A stretch of 64,000 bases of DNA from Phyllobates terribilis (lineage: Eukaryota): contig NW_027362767.1 in assembly GCF_046119375.1 (NCBI RefSeq), positions 137,516,001-137,580,000 of the forward strand, read 5' to 3'. The stretch's first letter is position 1. Each line of letters begins with the position of its first letter. Positions 14,254 through 26,679 of this stretch are shown here, piece by piece. The position numbers were made by a program, and so were the translations under genes. The notes beneath the pieces are model-generated. The model was given only the letters and a program-made list of their open reading frames with translations, was not told where the DNA came from and did not search any database.

Positions 14254-14913
14254 GGTAGCTGGAGAAAATCTAAGTGGTCGGTGAAAATGTCACGCTGTCT
14301 CTGTGTACTGGAGGTAGGGGGCCTAAGCTGACCCTAAGCTGGGGCCCTGACTAATCCCTCTACCTGGAGGTACTGTTAAAGGTACAGAGGTCTAGGCCGC
14401 CAGCGTAACCCCTACCTCCTGAGGATCCCTGCACCTAAGTAATCTAGTCCTGAGAAGGACCCCTGATCACAACAAAAGGGGACAGGTAATAATATGCCCA
14501 CACTCAGTACTTAGACGAACGAGACAGTACAAGGGTAAAACCAAAACCACCTTGCATACAAAAACTACACAACTACAACAGAGGGAACACCAACGGGAAA
14601 GGAGATAAATGATAAAGCGAGGAAGGGAAAAAACACTCCAAATACACTTAGCTCTGAAACTCCAAATACCACGATCCGCTCTGTTAGTCTGCATGAAATG
14701 CTTTCATCGACACTTCCCTAACAGACCGGCAGGCATTTGAAGGAGTCCCACTACAGCAGCATTGATTGCAGCTGGGCGAGGCTGGACCTGTCTAGCACAG
14801 AGAGAGAGAGAGTTAACTCCCTCACTGCCGAAAAACACAAAGCACCAAAACCTCAGCTGCGAGAAGTCAGGCTGTGTAATCGTGACGATCTTTGTGGCGA
14901 CACACCCGTGACA

Positions 14914-15196
14914 CCAACTTCTTTATCCTCAACCTTGTGCTCTCCAACTTGTTATTCACCCTCCCGTTGCCCTTCTGGGGTTACAACTACCATGACTAGT
15001 GCATATTTGTGAAGACATGTTGACCTCAAAGTTCTACAGCTCCATGTTGTTCTTGACTGTTCATGCCCATTGATACCAGGTGACGAATGATATTTCCGAG
15101 GTGTTGCCTCACCATCTATTCCGTTTTAATTTGTTTTTGGACCAATATCCACATTGTATTCCTTATCCTAAAGTTCAAGATTTTTAAGATGGTGAA
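14914..15196 (+). pseudogene. XCR1-like fragment 3 (TM2-TM3 + TM1)
   Basis: Resumes CCAACTTCTTTATCCTCAACC immediately after the LTR, continuing fragment 2's TM1; contains stops. Confidence 0.85.
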
Positions 15197-16328
15197 TGTC
15201 ATAGAAGACATTAAAATTCATAACACATATCCAGGGAAGGGGCATTCACTCCCCTCCTCTTTTGCACAAAATCTCAAGGAGAAAGAGTTTACAATCTAAG
15301 AGTCTCCTTCAAGTAGAATTACATGTTTAACATAAGGGAAGAGAGGAAGTATGGCTTAGAAGTGAGAAAACAAATTAAAACCCCCTTTGAGGCTAGGGAC
15401 TGCCTGTAGTGACCAAATAATTAAGGCAGGAAATCTATTGTGGGGAAACAGACAACCAGACTAGGATTTGTAGATTTAAGAGGCAGAGAAGTAGGAAATC
15501 CCTAGAGAGGAAGTGGGACATCTGCATCCAGACACTGGGGCACCAAAGGAAAGTTATGAATATTGGTGTTTGTATAGGTCCGATATTGATGGAATATGCA
15601 TTTTCAACTTCAGGACTAATAGGGGAAGAATCTGGATATTTTTTCATAACAGCGAGGCATGCCTATAAGCCCCAAATGAATAGTGACAAGATCGCTAACA
15701 GCCATGTCATGTTTCCTATCTATGGAAAGGTAAAATCCTGATAAAAATATATGATGGCGATATCGAATGCCTATGAACGTCAGGAGTGAAGATATTGTGA
15801 ATCTTGGAATATCATAATTTTCTGAAACTGACGCCACATCTCAGGACCAGCCCTGTTATGAGTCATCAAGGGGAGGTGCATGGGTATAACTTAGGTGCTG
15901 ATAAAAGATCATAAGCTGTGTTTCATGCAGAGAGATACATATCAGTGTATACATGATCACCGTTCAATGAACGTTTCCAATCAAAGTGCTCTCCTTTGCT
16001 AATCTCTGAGCCATCTCTGTGACCAGCGTTTAGTAAGTACTTTTGTTAATCCTGTTTATTTTATGTAACTGTATACAGGGCCTCCATCAGGGCATTGCTG
16101 CCCTTACTGACGTATGAGGTCCAGTGATGTAAGGGGGGCAGCTCACAGAAAAGGACAAAAATGTAAAAAAAATATCACAGAAAAAAACAGCCTTACCAAC
16201 ACCAGGTCAGATTACCAAAGTGTGACTGGCGTCCTATACAAGCAGCAATTGTGTGCATTTTTAATACTGCACAGCCACTCACATATCTGCCAATTCATGG
16301 AGGGGTTGGCTGTCGTGTCAGTATTCTG

Positions 16329-19300
16329 TGTTGTGATCTGCAACAAGAACTAAGGAAAAAAGGGGAAAGCTTTCCCTACAGTAAGACTAAGCTGAATCCC
16401 TACGATGTAGCGGGCTGCCTGTTCCAAGCGAACAGACCCGCCTTAGTACTAGGCTAGTTTGAATGAAAACCTATAGAATAAAGGGGAGGGGGCCCTAAAA
16501 GAACTAAGGACTGGAACAAAAATGGGACACCTCCTGAACAGAGAAAGTTGTTGCAGAAAACAAAAGATAAACTGACAAAAAGGTACTAGAGGTCCCAAGG
16601 GACGAAGCGAACTGAGAGATAGGCACCAAAGCACCTGGCAAGCAAAACAGTCAAACAACACTGAAGTCCAGCACAGCCAAAAAGGTGGAGATGGAATATA
16701 AAGGCAGATGGTCACATGACCGCAAAACACAAGATGGATAAAACAAACAGGAGGGTTCTAACAGTACCTCCTCTTTTAAGCGGATCCTCCGGATCCTCCA
16801 GGCCCAGGCCTATCCGGAAACCTCTTGTGGAAAGCTTTAACAAGCCTAGGAGCAGAGACATCATCCGTCCTTACCCAGGAGTTGTCTTCGGGACCGAAAC
16901 CCTTCCAGAAGACAAGATACTGTAATCTTCCTCTATGCCATCTAGAATTCAAGATACGAGAAATTTCATATTCGCCGTCTTCCACCACAGGAGGAACTGT
17001 GACAGTGGCGTCCCTATCAGATACATCAGCCTTTTTCAACAAGGAAACATGACACATATAGGATTAATCTTCCAGGAAGTAGGGGCATCCAACCTAACAG
17101 CAGACGGGTTAATAACCTGAAGCACTTTAAATGGACCCACAAACTTAGGGCCCAGTTTTTTAGAGGGAATCCTCAACCGCAGGTTTCTTGAGGACAACCA
17201 AACCATGTCACCCACAGTAAACTAAACCTCCTTCCGTTTCCTGTCAATATACTTCTTGGACTTCTTGTTAGCCTCTTGAAGGTTGCAACGTACATTAGTC
17301 CAAACTCTCTCCAAATCACCGGAAAAATTCTCCTCCTCCGGCACCGCCGACCCTAATTTGGAGAACGAACCAAAAGACGGATGTCTCCCATTACAACAAA
17401 AAAATGGAGAACACCCAGCAGAGGAGGATGTATGATTGTTAAGAACAAATTCTGCGAGAGGCAGAAACTCAGACCACCCCTCTTGATTGCCTGCCACAAA
17501 ACAACGCAAAAACTGTTCAACATCCTGGTTCTTTCTTTCAGTCTGTCCATTAGACTCAGGATGATAACCAGACGAAAATGACAAATGGACTCCCAACCTG
17601 TCACAAAAAGCACGCCAAAAGCGAGCCACAAACTGAGGTCCTCTATCAGAAACAATATCCGTGGGAATGCCATGGAGCCTGACAATCTCCTTAACCCTCA
17701 ACTGGTGATGTGGGGTTTCTTATACCCCAGTGTTTAGAAATCGCTTATTTTTATAGAAAATGCAAAGATCATGTTTGTTTTAATCGTTTTTTTATTGGCG
17801 ATTGATTACACATGAGTATAACAAATTTTTGACACCCACAAATGGATGGAAGCTAGTGAGACACGTATCCTCATACCAGCATTTTTCAATGAATGGCAGC
17901 CGAACAAAAATTCCCTGGGGTGTAGCAAACCACACCTCACCAGTTGAGGGTTAACAAACGCCTTAGCAAGTGTTTTAGCGCAGGGCAACTTAATGAATGG
18001 AACCAAATGACACATCTTACTAAAGCGGTAGACGACCACACAGATGACAGTAAAACCCTCGGACACAGGAAGGTCAGTAATAAAATCCATTGTGAGATGT
18101 GTCCAAGGCGCACTAGGAACCTCCAGAGGGCAAAGCAACCCCGCAACAGGAGTATGTGAAGCCTTTGATCTAGCACACACAGTACACTGACGCACCCACT
18201 TAATGACTTCTTTCTGCCATCCAGGCCACCAAAAACTGCGACTGATAAGTCTCTTAGTCTCAGAAATTCCTGAATGACCTGCCAACCGAGACTCATGACA
18301 CTCCACAAATACCTGAAATTCAATCAAATTTTCCCGCAAAGTAGTACTTCCTGAAAGAAATACTCCTGCAGAGCGTAAACAAGCAATACGGACGTACCTG
18401 ACCTTTTTTTTTCTTTACTTAAACGAAGCTCACAATACTTAATCAAATGGTCAGCTTTATCACAATAAAGACACAATCCCTCGGCGAACCTCTGGTCTCT
18501 TTCCTGAGAGCAGAGCGACATCGCCCCAACCTCCATTGGTTCTCCGCCGTCTGAGCAGATTTTCTGGGGACTAGGACCTGGCATTACAGGAGTCTTTACC
18601 TCATTCTGCCTAGATCTCAGCCTCCTATCCACACGAACAGCTAATTGCATGGCATCCTGCAGCGTCTCAGGTGCAGGGAGTGCAATTAGCAAATCCTTAA
18701 CCCTTGCACTCAAACCAGCAAGAAATAGACATTTCAGAGCAGGATCATTCCATCTGACTTCAGAAGCCCACCTTCTAAAGTGTGAGCAATAAATCTCAGC
18801 ATCATCTGACCCCTGATTCAAATGCCTGAGTTCTGCCTCAGCAGATGAGATTCGATCAGGATCGTCATATAATAGACCCATAGCAGAAAAAACCTCTTCT
18901 ACCGACCTCAAACATGGATCATTAGGTTGAAGAGCAAAGGCCCACCCTTGTGGTTCATTGCGCAAAAGTGACATAATAAAACTAATGTGCTGTGATTCAT
19001 TCCCAGAGGACCTTGGTCTCAAACGAAAATATAACAAACAAGCATTTTTAAAGGAAAAAAAATCTTGCTGTTTACCATAAAAAACATCCGGCAGTCCTAC
19101 CTTGGGTTCCACAAAATGTGCTCCGGAACAGCTACTCACATGTTGCTGGAGCTCGGCCACCTCTAGAGTCAACCCCTGCAAGCGTTGAGCCAAATCCTGG
19201 ACGGAAGCCATACTGATCCCCGTATTAATATTTCCTTAATTTTGTTTTTTTTGGGGGGCTGGACTTTCTGTTATGATCTGCAACAAGAACTAAGGAAAGA

Positions 19301-19703
19301 AGGGGAAAGCTTTCCCTACAGTAAGACTAAGCTGAATCCCTACGATGTAGCGGGCAGCCTGCTCCCAGCGAACAGACCCGCCTTAGTCCTAGGCTAGTCT
19401 GAACGAAGACCTATAGAATAAAGGGAAGGGGTCCCTAAAAGAACTAAGGACTGGAACAAAAAGGGACACCTCCTAAACAGGGAAAGTTGTTGCAGAAAAC
19501 AAAAGATAAACTGACAAAAAGGTACTAGAGGTCCCAGAAGGACCAAGCGAACTGAGAGATAGGCACCGAAGCACCTGGCAAGCAAAACAGTCAAACAACA
19601 CTGAAGTCCAGCACAGCCAAAAAGGCGGAGCTGGAATATAAAGACTGATGGTCAAGTGACCGCAAAACACAAGATGGAAAAAACAAACAGGAGGGTTCTA
19701 ACA
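16329..19703 (-). mobile_element. Ty3/Gypsy chromovirus element 2, internal deletion of PR-RT-RH (non-autonomous)
   Basis: 435-bp LTRs 16329-16763 and 19269-19703, perfect 5-bp TSD TTCTG, PPT AAAAGAGGAGGT; gag 19211-~18400 joined directly to integrase (HESRLAGHSG...C..C, RFSKMCH, HPESNGQTER) and chromodomain 17057-16776. Confidence 0.96.
17695..17950. mobile_element. 256-bp piggyBac-like MITE inserted in the integrase of element 2
   Basis: TTAA|CCCTCAACTGGTGA...TCACCAGTTGAGGG|TTAA; removing it restores integrase AFV-KEIVRLHGIP. Confidence 0.85.
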
Positions 19704-19861
19704 TTCTGCACCTGTGCTGCCCCCGCCTTTATCATGGGGGTCTGCCGCATCCTGCTTGTGCTTTAGTAATCTGACCTAGTGTTGAGAAGAGCGGGGCCTG
19801 GTCGGACCCCTCTCTGCTCACCACACCCCAGCGGCAGGATCCTCCAGGTTCACTACTGAAC

Positions 19862-20880
19862 ATGCGTCCGAGGATCATGGGACACATGGGGCAGGATAGA
19901 GACAAATGGGGCAGGATCATGGGACACATGGGGCAGGGCCATAGGACACATGGGGCAGGATGGAGACAGATGGGGCAGGATCATGGGACACATGGGGTAG
20001 GATGGAGACAGATGGGGCAGGATCATGTGGCAGGATGGAGACAGATGGGGCAGGATGGGAGATCATATGGGGCAGAATGGAGACAGATGGGACAGGATGG
20101 AGACAGATGGGGCAGGATGAGAGATCATATAGAGCAGGATCATGGGGCAGGATCATGGGACATATGGGGCAGGAATATGGGACATATGGGGCAGGAATAT
20201 CGGACACATGGGGCAGGATCATGGGACACATGGGGCAGGATCATGGAACAGATGGGGCAGGATTATGGGACAGATGGGGCACGATGGAGACATATGGGGC
20301 AGGATGGAGACAGATGGGGCAGGATGGAAGATCATATGAGGCAGGATGGGAGATTATATGGGGCAGGATGGAGACACATGAAACAGAATGGTAGATCATA
20401 GGGGACAGGTTGGAGACATATGGGGCAGGATGGGAGAACATATGGGGCAGGTTGGAGACACATGGGGCAAGTTCATGGGACACATGGGGCAGAATCATGG
20501 GGCAGGATGGAGACAGATGGGGCTGGATAGGAGATCATATGGGGCAGAATGGAGACAGATGGAGCAGAATGGGAGATCATATAGGGCAGGATCATGGGGC
20601 AGGATCATGGGGCATATGGGGCAGGAATATGGGAAACATGGGGCAGGAATATGGGACACATGGGGCAGGATGATGAGACACATGGGGCAGGATCATGGGA
20701 CAGATGGGGCAGGATGGAAGATCATATGGGGCAGGTTGGAGACACATGGGACCAGGATGGGAGAAAATATGGGGCAGGTTGGAGGATGGGAGATCATGTG
20801 TGGCAGGTTGGAGACACATGGGACCTGGATGGGAGAATATATGGATGGGGGTAGGAGTGAGACACAAGGGGGCAGGATGT
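19862..20880. repeat. Degenerate GA-rich minisatellite (GGGGCAGGATCATGGGACACAT / GGAGACAGAT units)
   Basis: Short units repeated about 1 kb; generates spurious low-complexity ORFs. Confidence 0.9.
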
Positions 20881-21314
20881 GGGATATTACTGTAGCGGCT
20901 AATCAGGACGACATCAGGGCATTACTGCCCTTACTGTTGTATGGGGCCCGGTAAACAGCAGTACAGAGGGGGGGGGGCCTGGGCCGAGTCAGGGCCCCCT
21001 CTTGTGCTTGTGCTCACCGGGCCCCATGGTGTAACAAAGTGCTGAGCGCCACCTTCGGTGGCACACACCTCGGCGCTAAGTGCCACACACCTCACAGCTC
21101 CCTCATACTTCTGGTCAGGTGACAGAGCGTACCACCATCACCTGACCAGAAGTCTGGAGAAGTATCAAGGAGGTGGAGCTGCAAAGCTGCGGAAACCACC
21201 TAGCGCCGTTGTCAGGAAACCACAAGCCGAAGCGCCTGCAGGTGATCGTAAGTGAGGTAAGTATGATAAAACTTTTTTTCCATTTTCTTTCTAAAATTAA
21301 TTAAATAGGTGAGT

Positions 21315-21960
21315 GAGGGGGGGCTGTAAGTGATGGAGTGAGGGGGCTGTAAGTGATGGAGTGGGGGGGGGCTGTAAATTATGGAGTGAGGGGGCGCTGT
21401 AAATTATGGAGTGAGGGGCGCTGTAAATTATGGAGTGAGGGGGGCTGTAAATGATGGAGTGGGGGGACAGTAAATTATGGAGTGAGGGGGGCTGTAAATT
21501 ATGGAGTGAGGGGGGCTGTAAGTGATAGAGTGAGGGGGGCTGTAAGTGATGGAGTGAGGGGGGCTGTAAGTGATGGAGTAGGGGGGCTATAAATTATGGA
21601 GTGAGGGGGGCTGTAAATTATGGAGTGAGGGGGGGCTGTAAGTGATAGAGTGAGGGGGGCTGTAAGTGATGGAGTGAGGGGGGCTGTAAGTGATGGAGTA
21701 GGGGGGCTATAAATTATGGAGGAGGGGTCTGTAAATTATGGAGTGAGGGGGGCTGTAAGTGATGGAACGAGGGGGGGCTGCAAATGATGGAGCGAGGGGG
21801 GGCTGCAAATGATGGCGTAAGGGGGGGACGAGGGACTGCAATTGATGGAGTGAGGGGGGTGATGAGGAACTGCAAATGATGGAGCGAGAGGGGGGATGAG
21901 GGACCGCAAATTATGGAGCGAGAGGGGGGATGAGGGACTGCAAATGATGAAGTACAGAGT
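21315..21960. repeat. ~24-bp G-rich minisatellite (GGAGTGAGGGGGGCTGTAAATTAT)
   Basis: Visible tandem copies, decaying at the right end. Confidence 0.9.
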
Positions 21961-22234
21961 GAGGGCGTTGAGGTTGCAGGAGTGTGACTGATTGAACTGG
22001 TGAAAAGAGTAAATGTGTGATTGGTGTGATTACTGCTGTGATGTATGTGATTTTTGAGGATACTGTTTTCAGTGGGGGGGTTCTGTTACTGTGCAGGGCG
22101 GCACTATGTCATTTCTTTTCTTCATCTGGTGCAGTGTAGAAGTTGGGGAAAAATTGGGGAATGTGCTCTGCAATCTGCTCTATATAATTGTGTTATTTTC
22201 TGCAAAGACGAGTCCTGGCTGGAAGAAGTGATGG

Positions 22235-24245
22235 TGTGGCGGTATCTAACCCCTGTGTGTGGTATTATTCGGTCATTATGAGGTGGTAATAAGGGGTCTG
22301 GTCAAGGTGTGATGATGTTTGTCCCTTGTACAGTCATGGCCAAAAGTTTTGAGAATTACACCAAAATTATATTTTCACATGATCTGCTGGCCTCTGGTTT
22401 TTATTAGTGTTTGTGTGATGTATATATCACATACAGAAATATAATTGCAATCATATTATGAGTACCAATAGGTTATATTGACAGTTAGAATGAGTTAATG
22501 CAGCAAGTCAATATTTGCAGTGTTGCCCCTTCTTCTTCAAGACCTCTGTAATTCTCCCTGGCATGCTCTCAATCAACTTTTGGACCAAATCCTGACTGAT
22601 AGCAGTCCATTCTTGCATAATCAATGCTTGCATTTTGCCAGAATTTGTTGGTTTTTGTTTGTCCACCCGTCTCTTGATGATTGACCACAAGTTCTCAATG
22701 GGATTAAGATCTGGGGAGTTTCCAGGCCATGGACCCAAAATCTCTATGTTTTGTTCCATGAGCCATTTAGTTATCACCTTTGCTTTATGGCAAGGTGCTC
22801 CATCATGCTGGAAAAGGCATTGTTGGGCGCCAAACTGCTCTTGGACGGTTGGGAGAAGTTGCTCTTGGAGGACATTCTGGTACCATTCTTTATTCATGGC
22901 TGTGTTTTTAGGCAAGACTGTGAGTGAGCCGATTCCCTTGGCTGAGAAGCAACCCCACACATGAATGGTTTCAGGATGCTTTACAGTTGGCATGAGACAA
23001 GACTGGTCGTAGCGCTCACCTCTTCTTCTCCGAATAAGCAGTTTTCCAGATGTCCCAAACAATCGAAAAGGAGATTCATCAGAGAAAATGACTTTGCCCC
23101 AGTCCTCAGCAGTCCACTCCCTGTACCTTTTGCAGAATATCAGTCAGTCCCTGATGTTTTTTCTGGAGAGAAGTGGCTTCTTTGCTGCCCTCCTTGAAAC
23201 CAGCCCTTGCTCAAAGAGTCTCTGCCTCACAGTGCGTGCAGAACTCACACCAGCCTGCTGCCATTCCTGAGCAAGCTCGGCACTGCTGGTAGTCCCATCC
23301 CGCAGCTGAAACAGTTTTAAGATACGGTCCTGGCGCTTGCTGGTCTTTCTTGGGCGCCCTGGAGCCTTTTTGACAACAATGGAAGCTCTCTCCTTGAAGT
23401 TCTTGATGATGCGATAGATTGTTGACTGAGGTGCAATCTTTGTAGCTGCGATACTCTTCCCTGTTAGGCCATTTTTGTGCAGTGCTATGATGGCTGCACG
23501 TGTTTCTTTAGAGATAACCATGGTTAACTGAAGAGAAACAATGATACCAAGAACCAGCCTCCTTTTAAAGTATCCAGTGATGTCATTCTTACTTAATCAT
23601 GACTGATTGATCGCCAGCCCTGTCCTCATCAACACACCTGTGTTAATGGATCAATCACTAAAACGATGTTAGCTGCTCCTTTTAAGGCAGGACTGCAATG
23701 ATGTTGAAATGTGTTTTGGGGGTTAAAGTTCATTTTCTGGGCAAATATTGACTTTGCAAGTACAGTAATTGCTGTTAAGCTGATCACTCTTTGACATTCA
23801 GGAGTATATGCAAATTGCCATTACAAAAAATGAAGCAGTAAACTATTTGTCTCATTCTCAATACTTTTGGCCATGACTGTAAGTGGTATTATTCGGTCAC
23901 TATGAGGTGATATTTGGTCCGGTCATGATGTAAAAGTATTTGTCCCTTGTATGTGGTATTATTCTGTCACTATGTAGTCCGGTCATGGTGTGGCGGTATT
24001 TGTCTCTTGTATGTGGCATTATTCGGTCACTATGTGGTGGTAATAGGGGGTCTGGTCATGGTGTGGCGGTATTTATCTCTTGTATGTGGTATTATTCGGT
24101 CACTATGTGGTGGTAATAGGTGGTCTGGTCATGGTGTGGCGGTATTTGTCCCTTGTATGTGGTATTATTCAGTCACTATGTGGTAGTAATATGTGATCTG
24201 GTCAAGATGTAACGGTATTTATCCCTTGTATGTGATATTATTGAT
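22235..24245. repeat. ~70-73 bp tandem repeat (GGTCTGGTCATGGTGTGGCGGTATTTGTCCCTTGTATGTGGTATTATTCGGTCACTATG...) split by a Tc1 insertion
   Basis: Copies at 22235-22330 and 23880-24245 flank the transposon. Confidence 0.8.
22331..23879 (-). mobile_element. Tc1/mariner transposon with short TIRs, DD35E spacing, one nonsense codon
   Basis: TA|CAGTCATGGCCAAAAGTTTTGAGAAT...ATTCTCAATACTTTTGGCCATGACTG|TA; ORF 23521-22508 in a single frame with one TGA at 23146-23144; motifs [18 protein letters not shown]. Confidence 0.96.
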
Positions 24246-25097
24246 CATTCTAAAAAATGTATGTGACACATTCCCTTACAGGAAAATAAATAAAAATATA
24301 CCTAAAAAGAGTATTGGATATTTTAGGAAATGTTTAATAGGTTAGAGTAGAGTACGGCCCGGCCAGAAGAGTCTCCTTGTCGTGGTGATGGCTTAAAAAA
24401 TCTTTTGCCGAAAACAGAAGCTGCTGGCTATGTTTGTGATCTGGTGATTGATGGGAACTGTTAATGTGTGATTGATGAGGACGTAGTGCAGAAGTGGAGT
24501 TTTTCCAAGAGTGGGCTGTGGGACTGTGGAAGGTTCGAGGGATGGAGGCGGAGCTGAGGTGGAGCCTGGGCGGAGTCTCAAGGGGAAAATGTTGCCAGTA
24601 CGGGGCCCTGAAATTCCTGGTGACAGCCCTGACTGTATATACTGTATTGTTTTGTCCCATTTGTAAAATCTTTTGTATATTTTTTATAAGCAGTGCCTAT
24701 CATTCTGGAATAAGTATAAAATATAATAGTTTTGTTCCTTTTGGTCTGTAAACCGCACCCTAAAGGCCATATGCTACCTGAAACCAGGTGTCCAATCGGC
24801 CTATAAACGACTGGTGGTGGCAGCTAAATCATCTTTCTTGGGTTATCATGGAGTTAGCAGTGACCGTATCAGGGTATATACTCCATGCGTTGGAATCGGA
24901 GGTGAATATACACCATACGCTCACTGTTAGTTTTCCAATAACCGGCCTAGTAGTGGGAATAGTATGCAGCCTCCTCCATTAATCGTTGGTCAATTGTGTA
25001 ATTGTCCTAACGATAGGGGGCAGCAGAGGGCTGTTTGTGACAAAACAATAACAGCATGGTGGGTTCAGTACAACCTCCCTGGTTGTGATCTTAGACA

Positions 25098-25575
25098 ATG
25101 AACAACGTCTTCTTCCTCAACCTGTTGCTCTCCAAATTGTTATTCACCCTGCCATCTCCCTTCTGGAGCTACAACCACCACAATCAGTGGATATTCGGAA
25201 GGACATTTTGCAAAATGTTGGCCTCCAGGTTCTACATTGATTTCTATAGCTCCATGTTTTTCTTGACCGTTCCTGCCCATTGATACCAGGTGACGAATGA
25301 TACTTCTGAGGTGGGGCCCACCATCTATTCTGTTTTCGTGGTCAATTTTTGGACCAATAGCCACAGTGTATTCCTTAACCTAAAGTTTAAGATTATAAAG
25401 ATGGTGACCGACTTCTTCACCCTCAATCTGTTGCTTTCCAACTTGTTATTCACCCTCCCACTGCCCTTCTGAAGTTACAACCACCACAATCAGTGGATAT
25501 TCAGAAGGATATTTTGCTAAATCTGGCCTCCAGGTTCTACATTGGTTTCTACAGCTCCATTTGTTCTTGACCGTA
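25098..25575 (+). pseudogene. XCR1-like fragments 4 and 5 (TM2-TM3, TM1, TM2-TM3 in tandem)
   Basis: ORF track NNVFFLNLLLSKLLFTLPSPFWSYNHHNQWIFGRTFCKMLASRFYIDFYSSMFFLT aligns with the intact receptor; second copy from ~25408 has stops/indels. Confidence 0.88.
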
Positions 25576-26679
25576 CATGTCCATTGATTACGAGAGATGA
25601 ACGAACGACCTGTCTGAGAAAATTCTTTCAAAGACAGTCTTCCACAGACAATATCAGTCAGTGGTCGGTCGGCTAAAACGGTTGGTCGGTCAGCTTTATT
25701 TTTAGGTTTTATAAAGAAGACGACTGATGACTGGGGAGAGGACGGACGTTCTCTTACTTCCCTTTTGAGACACCGGCTTGTAGGAGGATCTCATCTCTTT
25801 GTTCCTTAAACCAGAACAGTTATGAAGAGCTTTGATTAAATTCCCACTCCTTTGGCTACGGCTGGTGAGGTGCAGAAGGGGCCACCTGCCTGGCAGAGTG
25901 CTGAATTTACAACAAATCAGATCTTGGGAAATCTGCTGATCCTACACATGCTTAATGTAGACAGAAGCCAATAGATAATAAAAAAAATCTGCATTTGCAA
26001 AGTGTGAAGGGAACGCTCATGCGCAAGTAACACTGGCCTTAAGAGCAGCCCTTTTTGGTACACCCTCCTGACTAGTAACCTTACAACCCCTAGTAAATGG
26101 TTGATTGAGGCTTTGTGCCACTGTAAGATGTGTGGGTAGGCAAAAAAAAGGCACAACCCCCAGTATGCCACCAATCATCCTGTATTGAAGACTGGATTTT
26201 CATAATCATCCTGTCTTAATTTTGATACTAAATGGGTCAATTTTGTGTGCTGCCGTAGGACGATCCTAAAAGTCCATGTACCCGGCCAATACATATGGCC
26301 AGGGGTTATGCCCCTGTATACTCAGTCTGAGCTCAGATCCCACACTTTCCTTCTCCCCTACTCCACTTTTAGTTCTTGTCTGCTCCATCTGCGGCCGAGG
26401 CTGTCAAGATTGCAAAATCTTTGTTTATGTGGAACTATTTTTGTGATTTTTCTTTGGGGGATGGAGAGGTTGGACGTTGCACAAACTGTAGCCGCTTTGC
26501 AATGTGTTTCCTGCAGTTCCAGAGTGATCAGCGATCTACACCTTACACCGCACATTGCGAAATTTCCATTGCTCATCATCATCACCCACCAACGTGGACT
26601 GGATGATTTAATTTCTTGGACTGTGTAGAGGCAGAAGACACGCTCTACTTCTTCAAGAGTCTTGTTGAGCTCAGCTACA

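Larger units (their letters stand above)
9511..14913 (-). mobile_element. Full-length Ty3/Gypsy (chromovirus, sushi-like) LTR retrotransposon, pol with two frameshifts
   Basis: LTRs 14288-14913 (5') and 9511-10137 (3'), TG...CA, about 5 differences in ~627 bp; TSD CCAAA/CCAAC; PPT AGAAGGGGGGT next to the 3' LTR; gag 14253-13414 with CCHC knuckle; PR (LLDSGA), RT (YLDD), RNase H, integrase (HPGS...C, VVVDRFSK) and chromodomain. Confidence 0.98.

Noticed and set aside
14270-14287. Canonical tRNA primer-binding site after any 5' LTR
   Set aside because: None of the three elements has TGG-initiated tRNA complementarity; a tRNA-fragment match was not computed, so it is not formally excluded.
19862-20954. 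Many Gly/Trp/Met-rich ORFs up to 188 aa
   Set aside because: Open in several frames and on both strands because of the GA-rich minisatellite; no splice or domain support.
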